Below are positions 61,326 through 64,000 of a DNA stretch of 64,000 bases, in pieces. The first letter of the stretch is position 1; each line of letters starts with the position of its first letter. The stretch comes from Eledone cirrhosa (taxonomy: Eukaryota), in assembly GCA_964016885.1 (NCBI GenBank), contig OZ024740.1, positions 114,886,001 through 114,950,000 on the forward strand, in the 5' to 3' direction. Both the position numbers and the translations under genes were made by a program. The notes beneath the pieces were generated by a model. The model did not search any database, was not told the DNA's origin, and saw nothing but the letters and a program-made list of their open reading frames with translations.

Positions 61326-62339
61326 ATAGGTAGAGTAAATATAATAAAAGCTTAAACATGGCAGGATAATCTTGATAGCAATCTTGATAGAATGGAATAT
61401 AAAACATCGGCACTCTTTGGAGTTTAGCATTTATCCGATGTTCTCTAAAGTTTCTACCACTAAAAATCTATATGAATGGTTAAATCCGAAAATAGTTACT
61501 TTGCTGCTGTTCACAGAGGTCATGACCACTTTACAATATTCAAAAATATCTGAATATATTCAACGCCATATGCAATTTCTTCAGTTTTCTAACAGTTTCC
61601 ATTAAAATTCAACATATTTAAGTTTGGCACTTTTTCTATATCTCCTAAGTAGTATTCTTTCGTTACTAACATTTGCAAACTAAGAAAAATAAAATGATGA
61701 ATATGTATTATATATTTATCTATGTTTATACTATATATTTAGAAGGAAAAGAATATATATGTGTGTGCGTGTGTGTGTGTGTAAGTGTAGGTATGTATAC
61801 ATATTCTCTTAACGTAAAATATTAGACAGTTATAAGAATGTCTTCCTGTACCATAAAATTGCTTTCAAGACTCATACATCGGCAATGAAATGTTTGCAGG
61901 AATATTTTTTCCAGACATACTTACATATTTATTTTACAAATCAATATTATGTAATAGTAATCACCATTCCAAATGATTAACTCTTCAATTACGAGATGAT
62001 TATTTTTACCTTCGATAAAGTATATAACATTTAATGCAGATTTGAAGTTATATGAAAATATTTCATAAGTTTACTAATATAATTTGCCAACGTAATTATC
62101 GAAATTTCTGCATATCTCATCATATTTCAAACACTAAATCAATATTGAAATATATCTTTGTCCCTACCTAATCATATATCTACGATCGAATAGCTCATCG
62201 ATCGACGTAGATATCTTTTTAATTATGCTAGATAATGTATGACGTATCTATAATTATTTGGAAAATTCAATAATATTTGAACAGAATGTTAACTTATCTA
62301 GAAACGAATGAGACAAAAAATAGAGACTAAAAATCTGCA

Positions 62340-63027
62340 AGAAAATGTTTCTTTTATCGATGCACAACTTGCAAGACTTAGATCCTTTTACTATGCTCTA
62401 GAATTTTCTGATGATTTTCCTTTGGATGGATAAATTCATGCCCGCCTCCTTCAGTGACCATAGGTAGCTTGCGAGCCGATCACTTGTCTGGGTGTTTCAA
62501 GGTCGTCTCGTGGTTAAAGGAACAGTTCTTTAAACCGGCCCTCTGGCATACCTACATATGTCTTCACCTCCTGCTGTTGATTCTACCATTTGGATGCAGC
62601 TTTGCCTCGTAGACAACAGCGGGTACTACACTGTTCTTGTAGAGGGCATCATACCTGCTTTTGAGAAGAGAATCCAGGTGAGGGAGCAATATTGATGTTG
62701 GAAGTTATATGGGATATCATATCTTTAACACAGCAATATCCACGTTTCGCACTGTGTCTGTTAAAGATAGACCTGCATTTATACCCTATAGGGAACTGCT
62801 TTCCTAGGAGTGCTAAGATTTTCTTACCTATATTAATTATAACTCCAAGCGAGTAAGGCTGCCAGAACCAAATTATATTTTAATTTCTATTTTCCTTTCT
62901 TCTGTTAGTATGATTACGATGGGAGTAAAAAGTTTTATTAGAAATTTTATTGGAGAATCCACTGTTCCACTGTTAGCTAACGGGGTGTTATAGTATGGTG
63001 CCGCTCTGTCAAAGATAGCCTTATTAG

Positions 63028-63030
<3 letters not shown>
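62340..63030 (-). mobile_element. Degraded PLE fragment (thumb to GIY-YIG, YRDD-type lineage)
   Basis: [14 protein letters not shown], then CPLQEQC..VVYEAK..TYVG...RFK...YLWSLK...SCKLC across frameshifts; starts at (TA)n. Confidence 0.75.
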
Positions 63031-63108
<78 letters not shown>

Positions 63109-63142
63109 TATATATATATACATATACATATTATATATCTAT

Positions 63143-63180
<38 letters not shown>

Positions 63181-63182
<2 letters not shown>

Positions 63183-63233
63183 TTATTAAAATAACAGATT
63201 AAGGTTTAAGTAAAGAATCGCTGCTTTCACCCT
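63181..63233 (-). mobile_element. Short arm fragment of the 23612-26930 PLE family
   Basis: Matches 23616-23669; abuts (TA)n. Confidence 0.75.
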
Positions 63234-64000
63234 TCCATGAACTTTTCAGCTGAAACAGTTTTCTAAACTATTTTCATTTTCTGAAATTGCAATGCTATCT
63301 CTTTTGTTGTTACATCAGTGTCTATCATTAAATATTAAGATAACATCTTGATGCAGACTTTCAAGCAGATATCTATGAATTATCATCCTCCACATTTTCA
63401 AATCCTAAGTGTTACTTAGATTTTACTGCTGAGTTTTTACTGCCAATATTGGGAATGGTGCTTGCTTATTTTCAGTTTTTGGAGACACCGTCATATTCTT
63501 CTCTTTGCGATCTCAGGGCTTCTCAATTAATTGCTCATTTTGAATTGTCATTTATTAATTATTCACCAATCTTCTTTTTACGGTGTTATTTATTAAAACA
63601 ATTTATCAAACACAATTAATTCATTTTTTTTTTTTGTGTACACGGTATAGCTCTTATTGTTGAGTATATTGGTATTTTGTTATGTATACAATATATAGTA
63701 TTTGCTTTTTATGATGTTTCCTTCCTTGGCTAAGCTTCCTATCTTAGGAGTCTGTCAGCTCCCGCTTCCGAATTTCTGTTTAAGAAGATACTGTTAACTT
63801 GGATCCAGATCTGCAATTAGTCCTAGGTTGAAATATACTTATGATCATATGGAATTATATTCGAATATCTCTGATCAAATAGATCTATGATAAACTTTGA
63901 TTATGTTCTAATCGATCGATGACCAAATAAACCTATGATCAACTAAACCCATAATTAAACACGTAAAATCAAGCACTCCTGATCATATACACATTTGACC

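Overview
AT-rich eukaryotic non-coding DNA, probably from an octopod cephalopod (inferred from the SINE content and the microsatellite load). I could not identify any host gene exon. Most long ORFs in the track are translations of microsatellites. The window is dominated by Penelope-like retroelements (PLEs; RT plus C-terminal GIY-YIG endonuclease) from at least three lineages, nearly all inserted into (TA)n tracts. Many non-coding miniature fold-back derivatives accompany them, built as an inverted pseudo-LTR arm followed by a direct arm and a unique 3' tail. Many termini carry hammerhead ribozyme (HHR) folds, including variant cores such as a compensatory U3-A8 pair. The main observation: about ten PLE terminal families with little other sequence similarity share one covarying hairpin, RCTC-inner stem-loop-inner stem-TT bulge-GAGY. 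It starts about 4-8 nt downstream of the point where the inverted arm ends, which suggests a conserved cis-acting signal for retrotransposition. Also present are RTE-like and L1/Tx1-like LINE remnants, tRNA-derived SINEs, a Tc1/mariner remnant, and a Chapaev3-like transposon with a Helitron nested inside it. All alignments and folds were done by eye, family letters are my own labels, and element boundaries are approximate.
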